Counted from the stretch's first letter, positions 1-10,824 are shown. The stretch is DNA of 64,000 nucleotides from Abditibacteriaceae bacterium (GCA_031372065.1 JANMKN010000043.1:9084-73083); one strand, 5' to 3'. The notes: generated by a model from the letters alone, not told the origin. Made by a program: numbers and translations.

Positions 1-681
1 CTGCTCCAAACCTATAAAAACACAGGCAAAACCTTCGTTTTGCAGAATTGGGAAGGCGATTGGTCACTGATTGGCGCTGGTTCGGAAAATGAGCCGACAG
101 AGCAGCAAATTGACGGCATGGTGGCGTGGCTGAATGCGCGTCAGGACGGCGTGGAACGCGCCCGCCAAGAAGTCGGCACGCCGGGTGTGCTGGTCGCGCA
201 CGCGGCGGAAGTGAACCTCATCAAACGCGCCATGACTGGCAAAAAATCGGTGACAAACGACGTTTTGCCGCGCACGCATTGCGATTTGTATTCGTCTTCG
301 GCCTACGACATTCAAGGCGATGCCCAAACGATGAGCGCCGGGTTGGATTACTTGGCTGCCAAAGCGCCAGACAGCGCGCTTTTTGGTGCGAAAAATATTT
401 TTATCGGCGAATTTGGCTTTCCTGAAAATAATATTGGCGGTGCAAGTGTGCAATGTGATAAAACTCAGAGTGTTTTGCAAGCTGCACTGCGTTGGGGAGT
501 GCGATATGCAGTTTATTGGGAGTTGTTTTGCAACGAACCGGCGAAAAAGTGGGAAGGCAATCCAACTAACGCCGATATGCGCGGCTTTTGGCTGATTCGT
601 CCCGATGGCAGCAAGGCGCCGGTTTGGAATTACTTGCAAAGTGTCATGGAACGCTCACCCGCTCAGGTTGGTTTACCTTAA
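1..681 (+). CDS. Hypothetical protein, 5'-truncated, possibly glycoside-hydrolase TIM-barrel-like
   Basis: Frame 1 is open from base 1 to the stop at 681. NWEGDW and FIGEFG motifs plus a YWE motif resemble clan GH-A catalytic strands. Confidence 0.6.
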   Translation: MLQTYKNTGKTFVLQNWEGDWSLIGAGSENEPTEQQIDGMVAWLNARQDGVERARQEVGTPGVLVAHAAEVNLIKRAMTGKKSVTNDVLPRTHCDLYSSSAYDIQGDAQTMSAGLDYLAAKAPDSALFGAKNIFIGEFGFPENNIGGASVQCDKTQSVLQAALRWGVRYAVYWELFCNEPAKKWEGNPTNADMRGFWLIRPDGSKAPVWNYLQSVMERSPAQVGLP

Positions 682-761
682 CGCCGTGCAGAGGCGAATT
701 CGTGCCGCATGGGGCCGATTTGGTAGAGAAGTGGTCTGTCTGCGTGCCGCAGCAGGCTGAT

Positions 762-945
762 GAGTAGAGAAGTGGCGTGTTCGCTTACAGAATCGGCTTG
801 TTGTCGTGTAGAATCGGTTAGTTGGCATAGAGAATTAGCTTGCTTTGATGCAGAAGCGGCCTGTCGGCGTAGAGAATTGGTGTGTTTTGATGCAGAATGG
901 GGCTGTTTGCTTACAGAATCGGTATGTCTTGGAACAGAATCGTGA
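762..945. repeat. Degenerate 21-bp tandem array, about 9 units
   Basis: Units such as cttacagaatcggcttgttgt, catagagaattagcttgcttt and gatgcagaagcggcctgtcgg carry a conserved AGAA every 21 nt. Confidence 0.7.
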
Positions 946-1102
946 ATCATTTGTGATAAAACGGTGATTTATCGTGAAAATCAAGGCTCTGCGGCATCAA
1001 AACGAGGGGCAAAGGTATGATAGGCCGTTTGTGAAAAGCGATTTGAAGAAGTTTTTGTGGCTCTGACTGTGTTGTAATCTGCCGTTAAAGGTTGTTTTTC
1101 CT

Positions 1103-3823
1103 ATGCCAAAACTACGCATTTTACACATCGAAGACGACCTTCAAGACGCCCAACGCGTGCAGGAAGTGTTGTCAAAAGCGGGTTATGATTATGAAATAAC
1201 GCGCGTGGCTACGCTGTCTTCTCTAAAAGCGGCTCTCGCACAGGACTTTGATGCCATAATCAGTGGTTACGGCACTTCTCAGGATGACGAAAATTTAAAT
1301 GGCCCAGCGGCGTTGGCTCTTGCGCGCGAGCGACAAGGTTTAACGCCGTTTTTATTTGTGAGCAATATTTACGGCGATGAAACGCTGATAGGAGCGGTGC
1401 GTGCCGGCGCGTATGATTTCATTTCCAAGCATCGTCTGGTGCGTTTGGGGCCGGCCATTGAGCGGGCGTGCCGCGAAGCGCAGGAACTTGCAGAATTGCA
1501 AAAGGCGCAGCGAAACCAACAATTGCTGGCCGATGGATTATCGGCTGTGCTGGCTGCCGCTGACGAATTGGTATCCTGTCCTGATGTTGACACCATGTAT
1601 CGTCGGGCCGTCGAGTTGGCCCGCGAGAAATTAGGCGTTGAGCGCTGTGGATTATATTTGCTGGATGCCACTAAAGAAGGTTTACAAGGCACTTACGGCA
1701 CAGATTTTCAAGGGCAAACTTCGGACGAGAATAGTATTTGTCATCTCCTTGGCGGCTGGTGGAAGATATGCTTTGACCCGCAAAATCAGACTACGCAGCG
1801 ATGGTTTGTAACCAAAGACGAGCCATATTCCGATTATGCGCAAGGCAATCATATCTTGGGTGCGCGGGGCTGGATCGCCGCGACGCCTTTGTGGGCGTCT
1901 TCGCGAATTCTTGGCGTTTTGTTCAATGATACAGCGATTTTCGGCGCGCCTTTAGATGAAATCCAGCAGGAATTGTTGGCGGTTTACGGCTCGTTTTTGG
2001 CGACTCTTATCGCGGCGCGGCGCACGGCGGGCGAGTTGCAAAGCGTGATGGCGCGGGCACGCTGCATTCTGTTCGATGCGATGCTTGAAGAACAACCCAA
2101 CGGTAATTTGAAATGGTTCATTCGTTTTACCGATGACACAGCAACACAACGCGTTTTGCCGTTGGATGTGCCGCCCGGCATGGAGTATTTCGAGGCTTGG
2201 AACAAGAGCCGCCATCCCGAAGATCAGCAGCGTATGTTGGAAATGATGCCCGAACGGGCTGCGATTGAGGCTGGTCTCGCTTCGTATTCTCAGGAATATC
2301 GCTGTTTGGATAAGTTTGGGAACTGGCATTGGCTGTTTGAAGAAACGACTCTGGAACCGTTGCCTGCTTCGGCGAATGGTCGGCGCCGGTTTCATGCCAC
2401 TGGCGTTTGCACCGACATTACGGCGCGCCGCCGCGCCGAGGAAAAAATGCGCCGCAATGCGTTTTACGATCCGTTGACGGACTTAGCCAATCGCTCGCTG
2501 TTTATGGATCGCTTGAAGCGCTCGTTTCAACGCGCCAAGCGGCATGAACACTTGTTCGCGGTTTTGTTTCTTGATCTCGATAAGTTCAAAAGCGTGAACG
2601 ATAATTTGGGCCACGAAACCGGCGATGATTTTCTGAATGCGGTGGCGCGGCGCCTTGAAGCGTGCTTGCGGCCCGGTGACACCGCAGCACGCTTTGGCGG
2701 CGATGAATTCGCGGTTTTGTTGGATGGTTTAGGCGGTGTCAACGATGCTTTGCGCGTGACCGAGCGCATTCAAGAGGAACTTTGTCGGCCCTTTCAATTG
2801 GCGCGTTATCAGCATGACGCACGAGAAGTGCTGGAAACCTCGCACCACGAAATGCTGACAACAGCCAGCATTGGCATCGCGCTTAGTCGTGTGCCGGGCG
2901 ATGAGAATTCGGTGTATGAGCATCCCGAAGAATTGTTGCGCGACGCCGACACCGCGATGTATCGCGCCAAGTCGCTGGGGCGCAATCGCCATGAAGTTTT
3001 CGATACGAATATGCACGCGCGGGCCATTGCGGAACTGCGCACCGAAAACGATTTGCGTCGCGCCCTTGGCCGCAACGAATTTGTGTTGCATTACCAGCCG
3101 TGTTGTGAAGCGGGCGGCAAAACTATTGGCTTTGAGGCGCTTTTGCGTTGGGAGCATCCGCAGCGTGGCTTGTTGGCGCCCGATCAATTCATGGCCGTGG
3201 CCGAGGGACACGGCTGGCTGATTTCCATCGGCGAATGGAGTTTGCGCGAAGCGTGTCGCCAGCTTTGCCAGTGGCGCGAACAAGAAGCGAATTCTGAACT
3301 TTTCGTCAGTGTGAATTTATCGGCGCGGCAGTTCGCGCAAGCGGATTTGCCGATTGTGATTCGCCATATTTTGCAGGAAACGGGTCTGCCGCCGTCGTGT
3401 TTGCAACTGGAAATCTCTGAAAAAGATTTAATGCATAATCCGACCAGCAACGAAACCTTGCGGCGCCTCAAAGAAACCGGCGTGCGTTTGGCGGTGGACG
3501 ATTTTGGAACGGGTTTTTCGTCGCTTTTGTGGCTGCAAGATTTTGAATTAGACGAATTTAAAATTGATCGTTCGCTGGTGTCCGCGTCGGCGCTGGATGG
3601 CGTGACGAACGCCAATTTAATCAGCACTATGGCGGCGTTAGCGCGTGCTTTGGGCGCCAATACCATTGCCGAAGGCGTCGAAAATGAAGCCCAGTGGGAC
3701 GAACTGCGTGCCCTCGGTTGCGACGGCGCGCAGGGTTTTTATTTTGAGAAACCTCTGCCCCCGGAAGAAGTAAGGGCGTTGCTGCAAAATAATGAGACTA
3801 CAAACGCCATAAACCCTGTGTAA
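1103..3823 (+). CDS. REC-GAF-PAS-GGDEF-EAL c-di-GMP cyclase/phosphodiesterase
   Basis: N-terminal receiver (ILHIEDD), GAF, PAC (DITARRRAEE), intact RFGGDEF, FEALLRW, DDFGTGFSSL and AEGVE motifs. Confidence 0.95.
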   Translation: MPKLRILHIEDDLQDAQRVQEVLSKAGYDYEITRVATLSSLKAALAQDFDAIISGYGTSQDDENLNGPAALALARERQGLTPFLFVSNIYGDETLIGAVRAGAYDFISKHRLVRLGPAIERACREAQELAELQKAQRNQQLLADGLSAVLAAADELVSCPDVDTMYRRAVELAREKLGVERCGLYLLDATKEGLQGTYGTDFQGQTSDENSICHLLGGWWKICFDPQNQTTQRWFVTKDEPYSDYAQGNHILGARGWIAATPLWASSRILGVLFNDTAIFGAPLDEIQQELLAVYGSFLATLIAARRTAGELQSVMARARCILFDAMLEEQPNGNLKWFIRFTDDTATQRVLPLDVPPGMEYFEAWNKSRHPEDQQRMLEMMPERAAIEAGLASYSQEYRCLDKFGNWHWLFEETTLEPLPASANGRRRFHATGVCTDITARRRAEEKMRRNAFYDPLTDLANRSLFMDRLKRSFQRAKRHEHLFAVLFLDLDKFKSVNDNLGHETGDDFLNAVARRLEACLRPGDTAARFGGDEFAVLLDGLGGVNDALRVTERIQEELCRPFQLARYQHDAREVLETSHHEMLTTASIGIALSRVPGDENSVYEHPEELLRDADTAMYRAKSLGRNRHEVFDTNMHARAIAELRTENDLRRALGRNEFVLHYQPCCEAGGKTIGFEALLRWEHPQRGLLAPDQFMAVAEGHGWLISIGEWSLREACRQLCQWREQEANSELFVSVNLSARQFAQADLPIVIRHILQETGLPPSCLQLEISEKDLMHNPTSNETLRRLKETGVRLAVDDFGTGFSSLLWLQDFELDEFKIDRSLVSASALDGVTNANLISTMAALARALGANTIAEGVENEAQWDELRALGCDGAQGFYFEKPLPPEEVRALLQNNETTNAINPV

Positions 3824-3869
3824 ATCGCCGTAGTGTTGCCTTTTCGCTTAAGGAAAAAGCTCTCCTACG

Positions 3870-3995
3870 GCTGTAAATGTGTTTTAGGGGAAGTAAAAAA
3901 CACATTTAGAGCCGTAAATGTGTTTTAGGGTGAGCAAAAAAGACACTTAGAGCCATAAATGTGTTTTGGGGTGAGCAAAAGATGCATTTTAGGCC
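3870..3995. repeat. Three 41-bp palindromic tandem repeats (REP-like) between convergent genes
   Basis: Units start at 3870, 3911 and 3952, each beginning gcyrtaaatgtgtttt. Unit 1 has the internal inverted repeat TAAATGTGTTTT...AAAACACATTTA. Confidence 0.8.
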
Positions 3996-4038
3996 GTTTT
4001 TGGCTTTTTCTTGCCGTAAAAGAGTCACACCTTAGCGG

Positions 4039-4764
4039 TCACGAAAGTTCTTTTTCCATTTCCCAGCGCGTAACGTCATAACCGGCGTGTTTATAAAGAG
4101 TTGCTGCTTCGGCGTTGGAAGCGGTGACTGTCAAGCGCACGCGACGCACGCCGCGAGAACGGAAAAAATCATCGGTGTAGCGCATCAATTCCTGGCCCAA
4201 GCCTTGACCGCGCCGCGCGGGAAGAACGTAAACGTTGTTGATATAACCGTAACGCTCGCCTGTCCAGTTATTTTCGCAGACGACAAGCCACAAAAAACCG
4301 GCTAAATCGCCTTTTTCTTCGCGACGCTCATCTAAAACGAACAAGCCATGATGATTATCTAAAGTTGCGCGCCGCAAATCGTGACGAAAGGCTTGCGCAA
4401 AGCCCGGCGTATAATGAAAGCTCGGAAAATTCAGCGCATACGTTTCTTCTTGAAAAGAGCAAATCGTTTCCGTATCAGCCTCGAAAGAAAATTCGCGCAA
4501 AGCAATGCGCCCGGCTTCGCCAACCCACCGCAGGGCCGGATTAGGCAAATCGCGCAAGCCTTTCACGCGTGCGGCGGGCAGAGAGGGCGGCGCCTCGGCC
4601 ACAGCGTGTGAGTTTTGGGAATGGCCGCGCGGCGTAGCGACCAGACCAAAAAACTGCGCGACTTCGGAAAGAACGCCAGTAGCCGCGCCCGCCAAAGCGT
4701 CGCTTGCTATGATTTCGTCCGCGTGCTGTTGCTTAGTCCGTTGCCGGAAAGACCGCCACTTCAT
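4039..4764 (-). CDS. GNAT family N-acetyltransferase
   Basis: YVLPARRGQGLGQELM acetyl-CoA motif and N.EA..LY...GY motif B. Confidence 0.9.
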   Translation of the reverse strand: MKWRSFRQRTKQQHADEIIASDALAGAATGVLSEVAQFFGLVATPRGHSQNSHAVAEAPPSLPAARVKGLRDLPNPALRWVGEAGRIALREFSFEADTETICSFQEETYALNFPSFHYTPGFAQAFRHDLRRATLDNHHGLFVLDERREEKGDLAGFLWLVVCENNWTGERYGYINNVYVLPARRGQGLGQELMRYTDDFFRSRGVRRVRLTVTASNAEAATLYKHAGYDVTRWEMEKELS

Positions 4765-4770
4765 GGTTTT

Positions 4771-7083
4771 CTATTCTACTGTGACCGAAAAGTTCTTTTC
4801 GGCGAGTTTGTCTAAATCGTCGTCATCGTTTGTCGAGGTCGGCTGATATTTGCCGCCCGCCAAGCGCACTACGACTAAGTTTAGACGAAGTTTTCCCGTG
4901 CGTGGTGGTGTCAGCGCAAACAAGAGCGGCACACTTTTGCCGGGTGGCACGTCAGCGGGCAGCCATTTGATTTCCCAACGAAAACGTCGGCCGGTTTTCG
5001 CATCGAACCAGCGCACTAACAAGCGGGCCGGATTATCTCCCGACGAACTCCACACACTTTTGCCCGTGTTGCGCAGCAGACAGGTGGCATCCGAGTCCTC
5101 GCCGCTTTTCAAATCCTCCGGCACCTCTAAGTTGATTTGGCTCGCGCCATTGCTGCGCTTGGAAACGGCAGGCTGCGTGGCTGTTTTTGCCGGAGTTTTC
5201 GCAGAATTCTTTCGCACCGGTGGAACTTCATTTTTTGCCACAGAAATGGCGGGTGTTTTCTCTTTTGGGCCTCCCAAAGTCTTAAACGGGGCGCGGGGGG
5301 CTACATTGCGGCGCACTGGCGGGTTCGCCAAATTTAAGGGGTTGGTGGCGCCGATTGTGGGCGTTGGTATTGGTGGCGCTATCGGCGGAGTGTTGGCCCG
5401 TGGCGCGCTGGCTTCCACGGGAGGTGCAACATCAATGAACGGCGCGCCTTTGACGGATGGCGGCGGCGGCAAAGCGGGCAGCGGCAAACTTTGCAAAGGG
5501 CCGCCGAAATCGTCTTTCACAGACGCGCGCGGCGTAATGGCGGGAATAGGCGCCACAACAGGTGGAGCAAGTGGAGCAAGCGGCGTGGCGCGCAAAGGGC
5601 TGGGAATGGGGGGCGTGACGTTGATAATTCCGCTGTTACTCAGGCTGGGATTGGGCACGGTGATATGATTTTTTTCGGGAAATGTTTTTGGCCCACGCGG
5701 GATAAATTTACCATTCACCCATTCGCCGGGAATGACTGCCGAACCAATGCCATGCGTGCCGATAATGCCCGCCGCGCCGCTGATGGGCGACACAAAAATC
5801 GAAACGTCCGGCGAAGTGTTGGTGACAGTTTGGCCCGCAGCCAGCGGCAAGCTCAGAGTCATGGAAGTTTGCGCCGCGTCGCCATCGGGACTGTTGGCTG
5901 TGAGGCGCACTGTCCAATCGCCTTGCGCGCCAGCGGGCGGTTGCCACTGCGCCAACGATTCTTTCTGCAAGGGCGCTTTGGGCGACGCTATTGTTTGCCA
6001 TTGTTCGGGCGCGGTGCCTTGTCCGGCTTCGATTTTTACGGCCACTTGAGGCGAGTCCTCGCAAAACACTGTGCCGATGATATTTAAGCCTGTTTTGTTG
6101 GCGCTCACACCCGTGATTTCAACGGTTGGCACCACGGGAGCGAGATTCATTGCCCATAAAGTGCGCGGGCCGTTGGGCGTCAGCGGCGCATCGAACAAAA
6201 GTGCGGTTCCATCAGGCGCAAAGCGTGGGCTGTGAGCGCCATCTGTATTGCGCAAAGCGCGCTCGCCCGAACCGTTGGGCGCCATAAAAAACAAGCGGCT
6301 CGGATTGCCTGTGCGCTCTTCGTCCAAGGCGAGGCACAACTGACTGCCATCGGGCACGACCGTCACTTCGCCGCTGCGAAAAGCAATGACTTGAGGTTTC
6401 GTTTTTAAGGGCAAAAGCGGCGGCCAATCGGTAGGGATTTCTAAACGATACAGGCCGTTTTTGCGCGCGTCGGAAAATAAGAGCGTGTTGCTATTCAGCC
6501 ATGCCGGACGGCGCCCTTCGATGACGCGCCGCGCGATCAGCGGCGCAATTTTATCATCCAACGAGATGAGAAAAAGCGTGCTGTTCTTATTCGCTTCGCG
6601 CGCGAAAACTAACGATTTGCCATCGGGCGACAGTGCGGGCGAATGCGAAGGCGCCGCATCTTGCGTCAAGGCTTCGAGTTGGCCCGTTTTTTCATGGAAG
6701 CGCGCGATTTGTGACGATTTATTGTCGCCCAGCGCATTAGTTACGCAAATAATAGTGCGGCCATCGGACGAAACTTGCGCTTCGTCCGCCCACAAAGGCG
6801 CCGCGAAATTCGTGAGCGCTTTCAGCGGCCACTCGCTTTCGTCGCTCGATGTCGCTTGCCACAAATTACGCGTGCCGTTGGCTTCGCGCGTGAAAATCAA
6901 AGAGATTTTTTTGCTTTGCGGATCAACGCGCCACGCGCCACGCACCGCAGCCGCGTTTTGCGAGTCGGGAAGCACTTCCAACGGCACTGGGCGCATGATG
7001 CCGGGCCGCCGCGCGGCGTGAGAAGCGGTCAGCGCGCCAAGCAAACTGCAAAACAAAAGAAAAAAACGAAAAAACTGTCGCAT
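4771..7083 (-). CDS. Secreted TolB/PD40 beta-propeller protein with Pro-rich linker and C-terminal Ig-like domain
   Basis: Signal peptide, PALSPDGKSLVF and PRFAPDGTALLF repeats, Pro-rich tract, LRNTG..W C-terminal Ig-like module. Confidence 0.75.
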   Translation of the reverse strand: MRQFFRFFLLFCSLLGALTASHAARRPGIMRPVPLEVLPDSQNAAAVRGAWRVDPQSKKISLIFTREANGTRNLWQATSSDESEWPLKALTNFAAPLWADEAQVSSDGRTIICVTNALGDNKSSQIARFHEKTGQLEALTQDAAPSHSPALSPDGKSLVFAREANKNSTLFLISLDDKIAPLIARRVIEGRRPAWLNSNTLLFSDARKNGLYRLEIPTDWPPLLPLKTKPQVIAFRSGEVTVVPDGSQLCLALDEERTGNPSRLFFMAPNGSGERALRNTDGAHSPRFAPDGTALLFDAPLTPNGPRTLWAMNLAPVVPTVEITGVSANKTGLNIIGTVFCEDSPQVAVKIEAGQGTAPEQWQTIASPKAPLQKESLAQWQPPAGAQGDWTVRLTANSPDGDAAQTSMTLSLPLAAGQTVTNTSPDVSIFVSPISGAAGIIGTHGIGSAVIPGEWVNGKFIPRGPKTFPEKNHITVPNPSLSNSGIINVTPPIPSPLRATPLAPLAPPVVAPIPAITPRASVKDDFGGPLQSLPLPALPPPPSVKGAPFIDVAPPVEASAPRANTPPIAPPIPTPTIGATNPLNLANPPVRRNVAPRAPFKTLGGPKEKTPAISVAKNEVPPVRKNSAKTPAKTATQPAVSKRSNGASQINLEVPEDLKSGEDSDATCLLRNTGKSVWSSSGDNPARLLVRWFDAKTGRRFRWEIKWLPADVPPGKSVPLLFALTPPRTGKLRLNLVVVRLAGGKYQPTSTNDDDDLDKLAEKNFSVTVE

Positions 7084-7287
7084 GAAAACGCATTGCCGCC
7101 AAACGGGGAGCATTGAAAGCCCGCTTTGAAAAGTATACTCCTCCCACTGTGATACAATCGCCGAAACTCGTCGATTAACGCCTTGGGGGTGCGCTTACAA
7201 GAAAATGCCAAATCACAAACGTGAAGGGACTTTGTAAAATGGAAGGGGCGCTTGCTGCCCACAGAAGACTTGGCGTGCCCCTTTTTT

Positions 7288-8247
7288 ATGCCCCTGCTTG
7301 ATTTACAAAACTTGAGTATCCGCTTTGCTTCTACTACCGTTGTGGAGGACATTAATTTGTCCATCGAAGCGGGTGAAACGTTGGCTTTGGTGGGCGAAAG
7401 CGGTTGTGGCAAAAGCGTCACAGCGCTTTCGATTTTGCGCTTGTTGCCCGCGCCCGGACGAATCGCGCAAGGCCAAGTCCTGTTTGAAAATCAAGACCTC
7501 ACGGCGCTTTCGGAAGAACAACTCGACGATTTGCGTGGCGGCGCCATTAGCGTGATTTGGCAAGACCCTTTAGCCGCTCTGAACCCGCTTTTGCCGGTCG
7601 GCGTGCCGATTATCGAAGGCTTGATGCGCCACAAAAATCTCAGCAAAATTGCGGCGCGTCAAAAGGCCGTTGAAATGTTAAGGCGCGTGGGCATTCCGCA
7701 GCCGGAAAAGCGCGTGGATGATTATCCGCATCAAATGTCGGGCGGTCAGCGCCAACGCGCCATGATTGCGGCGGCTATTGCTTGCGAACCCAAATTGCTG
7801 ATCGCCGATGAGCCGACAACCGCCCTGGATGTTTCAGTGCAAGCGCAAATTTTGGAGTTGCTGCGCGAATTATCCGCATCCACTCAAACCGCGATGCTGC
7901 TCATCACGCACGATCTCGGCGTGGTCGCGCAAGTCGCACAACGCCTGGCGGTGATGTATGCCGGTCAAATTGTCGAGTATGGCACCGTCGAAGAGATTTT
8001 TTCGCGCCCGCAGCATCCTTACACGCAAGGATTATTGCTGGCGACGCCGCGTCTCGAAAGCGATGCCATGCCGCTGCCCATTCCCGGCATGGTGCCCGCG
8101 CCGGGACGCTGGCCGCAAGGCTGCCGCTTCAAAACGCGTTGCCCTCTGCAACAATCAATTTGCGACACGATGCCCGCATTAATCGCTCACGATGCCCAAC
8201 CCGCCCGTTGTCACTTCGCGGGTCAAAAAGCGTGGAATTTAAAGTGA
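7288..8247 (+). CDS. Oligopeptide/dipeptide ABC transporter ATP-binding protein (OppD/DppD family)
   Basis: GESGCGKS Walker [25 protein letters not shown] and the C-terminal Cys motif. Confidence 0.95.
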   Translation: MPLLDLQNLSIRFASTTVVEDINLSIEAGETLALVGESGCGKSVTALSILRLLPAPGRIAQGQVLFENQDLTALSEEQLDDLRGGAISVIWQDPLAALNPLLPVGVPIIEGLMRHKNLSKIAARQKAVEMLRRVGIPQPEKRVDDYPHQMSGGQRQRAMIAAAIACEPKLLIADEPTTALDVSVQAQILELLRELSASTQTAMLLITHDLGVVAQVAQRLAVMYAGQIVEYGTVEEIFSRPQHPYTQGLLLATPRLESDAMPLPIPGMVPAPGRWPQGCRFKTRCPLQQSICDTMPALIAHDAQPARCHFAGQKAWNLK

Positions 8248-8345
8248 AAACGTAGGCCAATGGCATCAAGGTAACCCGACTTGCTACCATATGGGGGTTC
8301 TGCGGCACTGCCAAATATTCCCGATGGTTGTTAAATTGAATCAGA

Positions 8346-9509
8346 TTATTGTTTGGGTGTGACTTCTTCTTCCAAAACTTTTTCCTGATGCGGATGTGGT
8401 TGCAAATAGGGCAGGGTGGTGCGGTCACCGATCCATTGCGTGGGGGAGGCGGCGAATAATTTGGCGAGGTTGTTCAGTTGCCACGCATAAGCGGCGCGCT
8501 TTTCGGAGAAGTCATGCCACGATTCGTCGCTTGGTTTTAGGGTGTAGCCCGCTTTTTGTAGGGCGCGGCGGGCGGCTAACCATTCGTGATTTTCCACGCC
8601 CGGATGCGCCGCGCCCTGCTTGTATTCGCGCAGTTTGGGCGGCAGCCGCACTCGAAAATAATTGCTCAGGTCTACAACGGCATGGCAGCCCAGACGATAC
8701 ATCATGTGCGCCGAACCAAGCGCTAATTTTTCGTTGCGAGGTGCGTCTTCCACTGTTGAAATCACCAGCGTTGCCGCATCTAAAACGGCGCCCATCGCGC
8801 TAATCCATGATTGATTGTCGTGCGAGGAACGGAAAAACGGCAAGAGCGGAAACGCCAGATGGCTGTCCAGCATATCGGCTGTCCACAATTCCCATGAGGC
8901 AAAAGTTGGATGTAATTCGCCCGTCATATCAAGCGCCGCATAGGTTTGTAAAAGCATGACGCCGGACGGCGGCGAACCAGCGCGGCCATCAAGTGTGAGA
9001 ACTAAGGACTCGCGGCGCGCGAATGATTGATACAATGTAAAAAGCCATGAAATGACCAGCGCAAAAGTGGCTAACCCGGCGGCGCCCGCCGATAAAAACA
9101 CAAAGCGCATTAAGCCCGTGGCCGGCACGAAATCGCCGTAGCCGATGGTTAAAAGCGAGGCTCCTGCAATGTAGCAGCAACCGCCAAAAGTTGTTGGCGA
9201 TTCACTCACATGGTCGCGCAAGTTATAAATAATCAGGCCATAGCCACAGATTAAGGTGCTAATCCAAGCCAGCAAAATCAAAATGACGCATAAGGGCGCA
9301 AAGGTGCCCAGCCAGTCGTCGCGCCGGTGCTGTTTGCGCAAGCGGGCCGCCACATAAAGCCAAAAGCGCCACAAAATATTAATTAAATGGGGCGCAATCC
9401 GCCACCGGCGACTTGTCCAGCGTGGCACAACCACAGTTTGAAAAACATCAAACAGCGCCAGAAAAATCAGCAGGAGGGCCAATGAAAGTTCGAGGATAGT
9501 GGAAATCAT
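8346..9509 (-). CDS. Potassium channel family protein (two-TM pore domain)
   Basis: SLLTIGYGD selectivity filter flanked by TM helices. Confidence 0.85.
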   Translation of the reverse strand: MISTILELSLALLLIFLALFDVFQTVVVPRWTSRRWRIAPHLINILWRFWLYVAARLRKQHRRDDWLGTFAPLCVILILLAWISTLICGYGLIIYNLRDHVSESPTTFGGCCYIAGASLLTIGYGDFVPATGLMRFVFLSAGAAGLATFALVISWLFTLYQSFARRESLVLTLDGRAGSPPSGVMLLQTYAALDMTGELHPTFASWELWTADMLDSHLAFPLLPFFRSSHDNQSWISAMGAVLDAATLVISTVEDAPRNEKLALGSAHMMYRLGCHAVVDLSNYFRVRLPPKLREYKQGAAHPGVENHEWLAARRALQKAGYTLKPSDESWHDFSEKRAAYAWQLNNLAKLFAASPTQWIGDRTTLPYLQPHPHQEKVLEEEVTPKQ

Positions 9510-9663
9510 GTAGCAGTGAAGATTGAGGCCAAGCGCAGACAGCGGGGAGTTTAATTGGTTCCGCTTGGCTCCGACGACCAAAAATCAAAGGCCAAAGACG
9601 CGCAGCTATGCTATATTAAAAGCGCCGCATTCTTGTGTATTTGTGTAAAATCGTGGCTTTTTC

Positions 9664-10398
9664 ATGAGCATTCCCATTTTTGACGCTTGCACTTTATTTG
9701 GCCCGTGGCCGCAGCATTCGGCTGATCTTTCAGTGGAAATATTGCTGCAAGGCATGGGGCAAAACAGCATCGCGCGCTCGCTGACAACAGCGACTTCGGG
9801 CATTTTTTACGATTACCGGCAGGGCAATACCGAAACGTTAGATGCTGCCAAATTGCATCCCCAGCACATTTATCCGGTAGGCACTCTTGATCCGCGCGCT
9901 TATCCCGAATGTTTGGGCGAAGCCGAAGCGCGGGCCGCTGAAGGTTTTCGCTTGTTTCGTTTTTTCCCCGACAGCCAGCAGTGGCCGCTGAATTATCGTC
10001 CGTTTCGCGAACTTTTGCAAAAATGCGATTCGCTCGGCGTGCCCATCGCAGTAACCGTCAGTCAGCCGGGCGCTTGCACCGAATTAGCAGACGCCGTCGC
10101 GTTTACACAAGCGCCGCTTTTGTTGGCGGGTGTGACTTCGCAAAATCTCGGCGAAGCGATGGCGGTTCTGCGTGGCGACGCGAAATTTTACATCGAAACC
10201 ACGCATCTAACTGCGCCCGGCGCGCTCGAAGCGGTGCGCGATTGCGCGCCGCATGGCGTGGAGCGCCTTGTTTTCGCTTCCTATTCGCCGTTGCGTTATC
10301 TGTCTACTGCGTTGGCGCCCGTTTTCGCCTCTTCCCTGACCAATGACCAAAAAGCCTTAGTCTTGGCGGGCAATATCATGAGACTTTTGACAAAGTAG
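9664..10398 (+). CDS. Amidohydrolase_2-fold protein with degenerate metal site
   Basis: IFDACTLFG start, ERLVFASYSP and KALVLAGNIMRLL C-terminus fit the fold. Confidence 0.7.
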   Translation: MSIPIFDACTLFGPWPQHSADLSVEILLQGMGQNSIARSLTTATSGIFYDYRQGNTETLDAAKLHPQHIYPVGTLDPRAYPECLGEAEARAAEGFRLFRFFPDSQQWPLNYRPFRELLQKCDSLGVPIAVTVSQPGACTELADAVAFTQAPLLLAGVTSQNLGEAMAVLRGDAKFYIETTHLTAPGALEAVRDCAPHGVERLVFASYSPLRYLSTALAPVFASSLTNDQKALVLAGNIMRLLTK

Positions 10399-10425
10399 GT
10401 TTTTGGTCTTGGGATTTTGGTCTTT
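10398..10425. repeat. Left 28-bp inverted repeat (heptamer-based) of four-helix-bundle element
   Basis: ggtttttggtcttgggattttggtcttt is complementary to 10815-10842. Confidence 0.75.
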
Positions 10426-10428
10426 AAA

Positions 10429-10824
10429 ATGGAGACTACGAATTTTGAGAACTTGCAAATTTATCAGCTTGCTGAACGTTTGTCTGATGAGGTTTGGGAA
10501 ATTGTGGCGCGTTGGGAGCATTTTGCGAAAAACACTGTTGGTAGTCAGATTGTGCGCTCGGCGGATAGCATTGGCGCCAACATCGCCGAAGGAAGTGGTA
10601 AGGGCACAACGGAGGATTATCGGCGCTATTTGCGTCATGCGCGCGGTTCGTTATATGAAACCAAACATTGGCTGCGTCGCGCTGAAAATCGAAATTTGGT
10701 AAACGCCAACGAAGCCGAAGTATTGCGAAACATCATGCAAGAGTTGATTCCTAAACTCAATGCCTATATGCGCACTATGAACGAGCGCATTCGACAGGAA
10801 CGAATTCAAAAACCAAAAGCCTAA
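10429..10824 (+). CDS. Four helix bundle protein (23S rRNA IVP/S23, Avd-like family)
   Basis: FENLQIYQ...QIVRSADSIGANIAEG...ARGSLYET signature. Confidence 0.92.
   Translation: METTNFENLQIYQLAERLSDEVWEIVARWEHFAKNTVGSQIVRSADSIGANIAEGSGKGTTEDYRRYLRHARGSLYETKHWLRRAENRNLVNANEAEVLRNIMQELIPKLNAYMRTMNERIRQERIQKPKA

Noticed and set aside
678..950. Small ORFs 678-950 (-) and 760-945 (+)
   Set aside because: They coincide with the degenerate 21-bp array and are probably by-products of it.
3870..3995. Mini-CRISPR
   Set aside because: The whole 41-bp unit is repeated, with no spacer.
4850..5668. Long antisense ORFs (also 54205-55077 and 59565-60221)
   Set aside because: Shadow frames of well-supported genes on the opposite strand.
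10429..10824. Diversity-generating retroelement (Avd-like gene)
   Set aside because: No reverse transcriptase and no TR/VR pair visible in the window.
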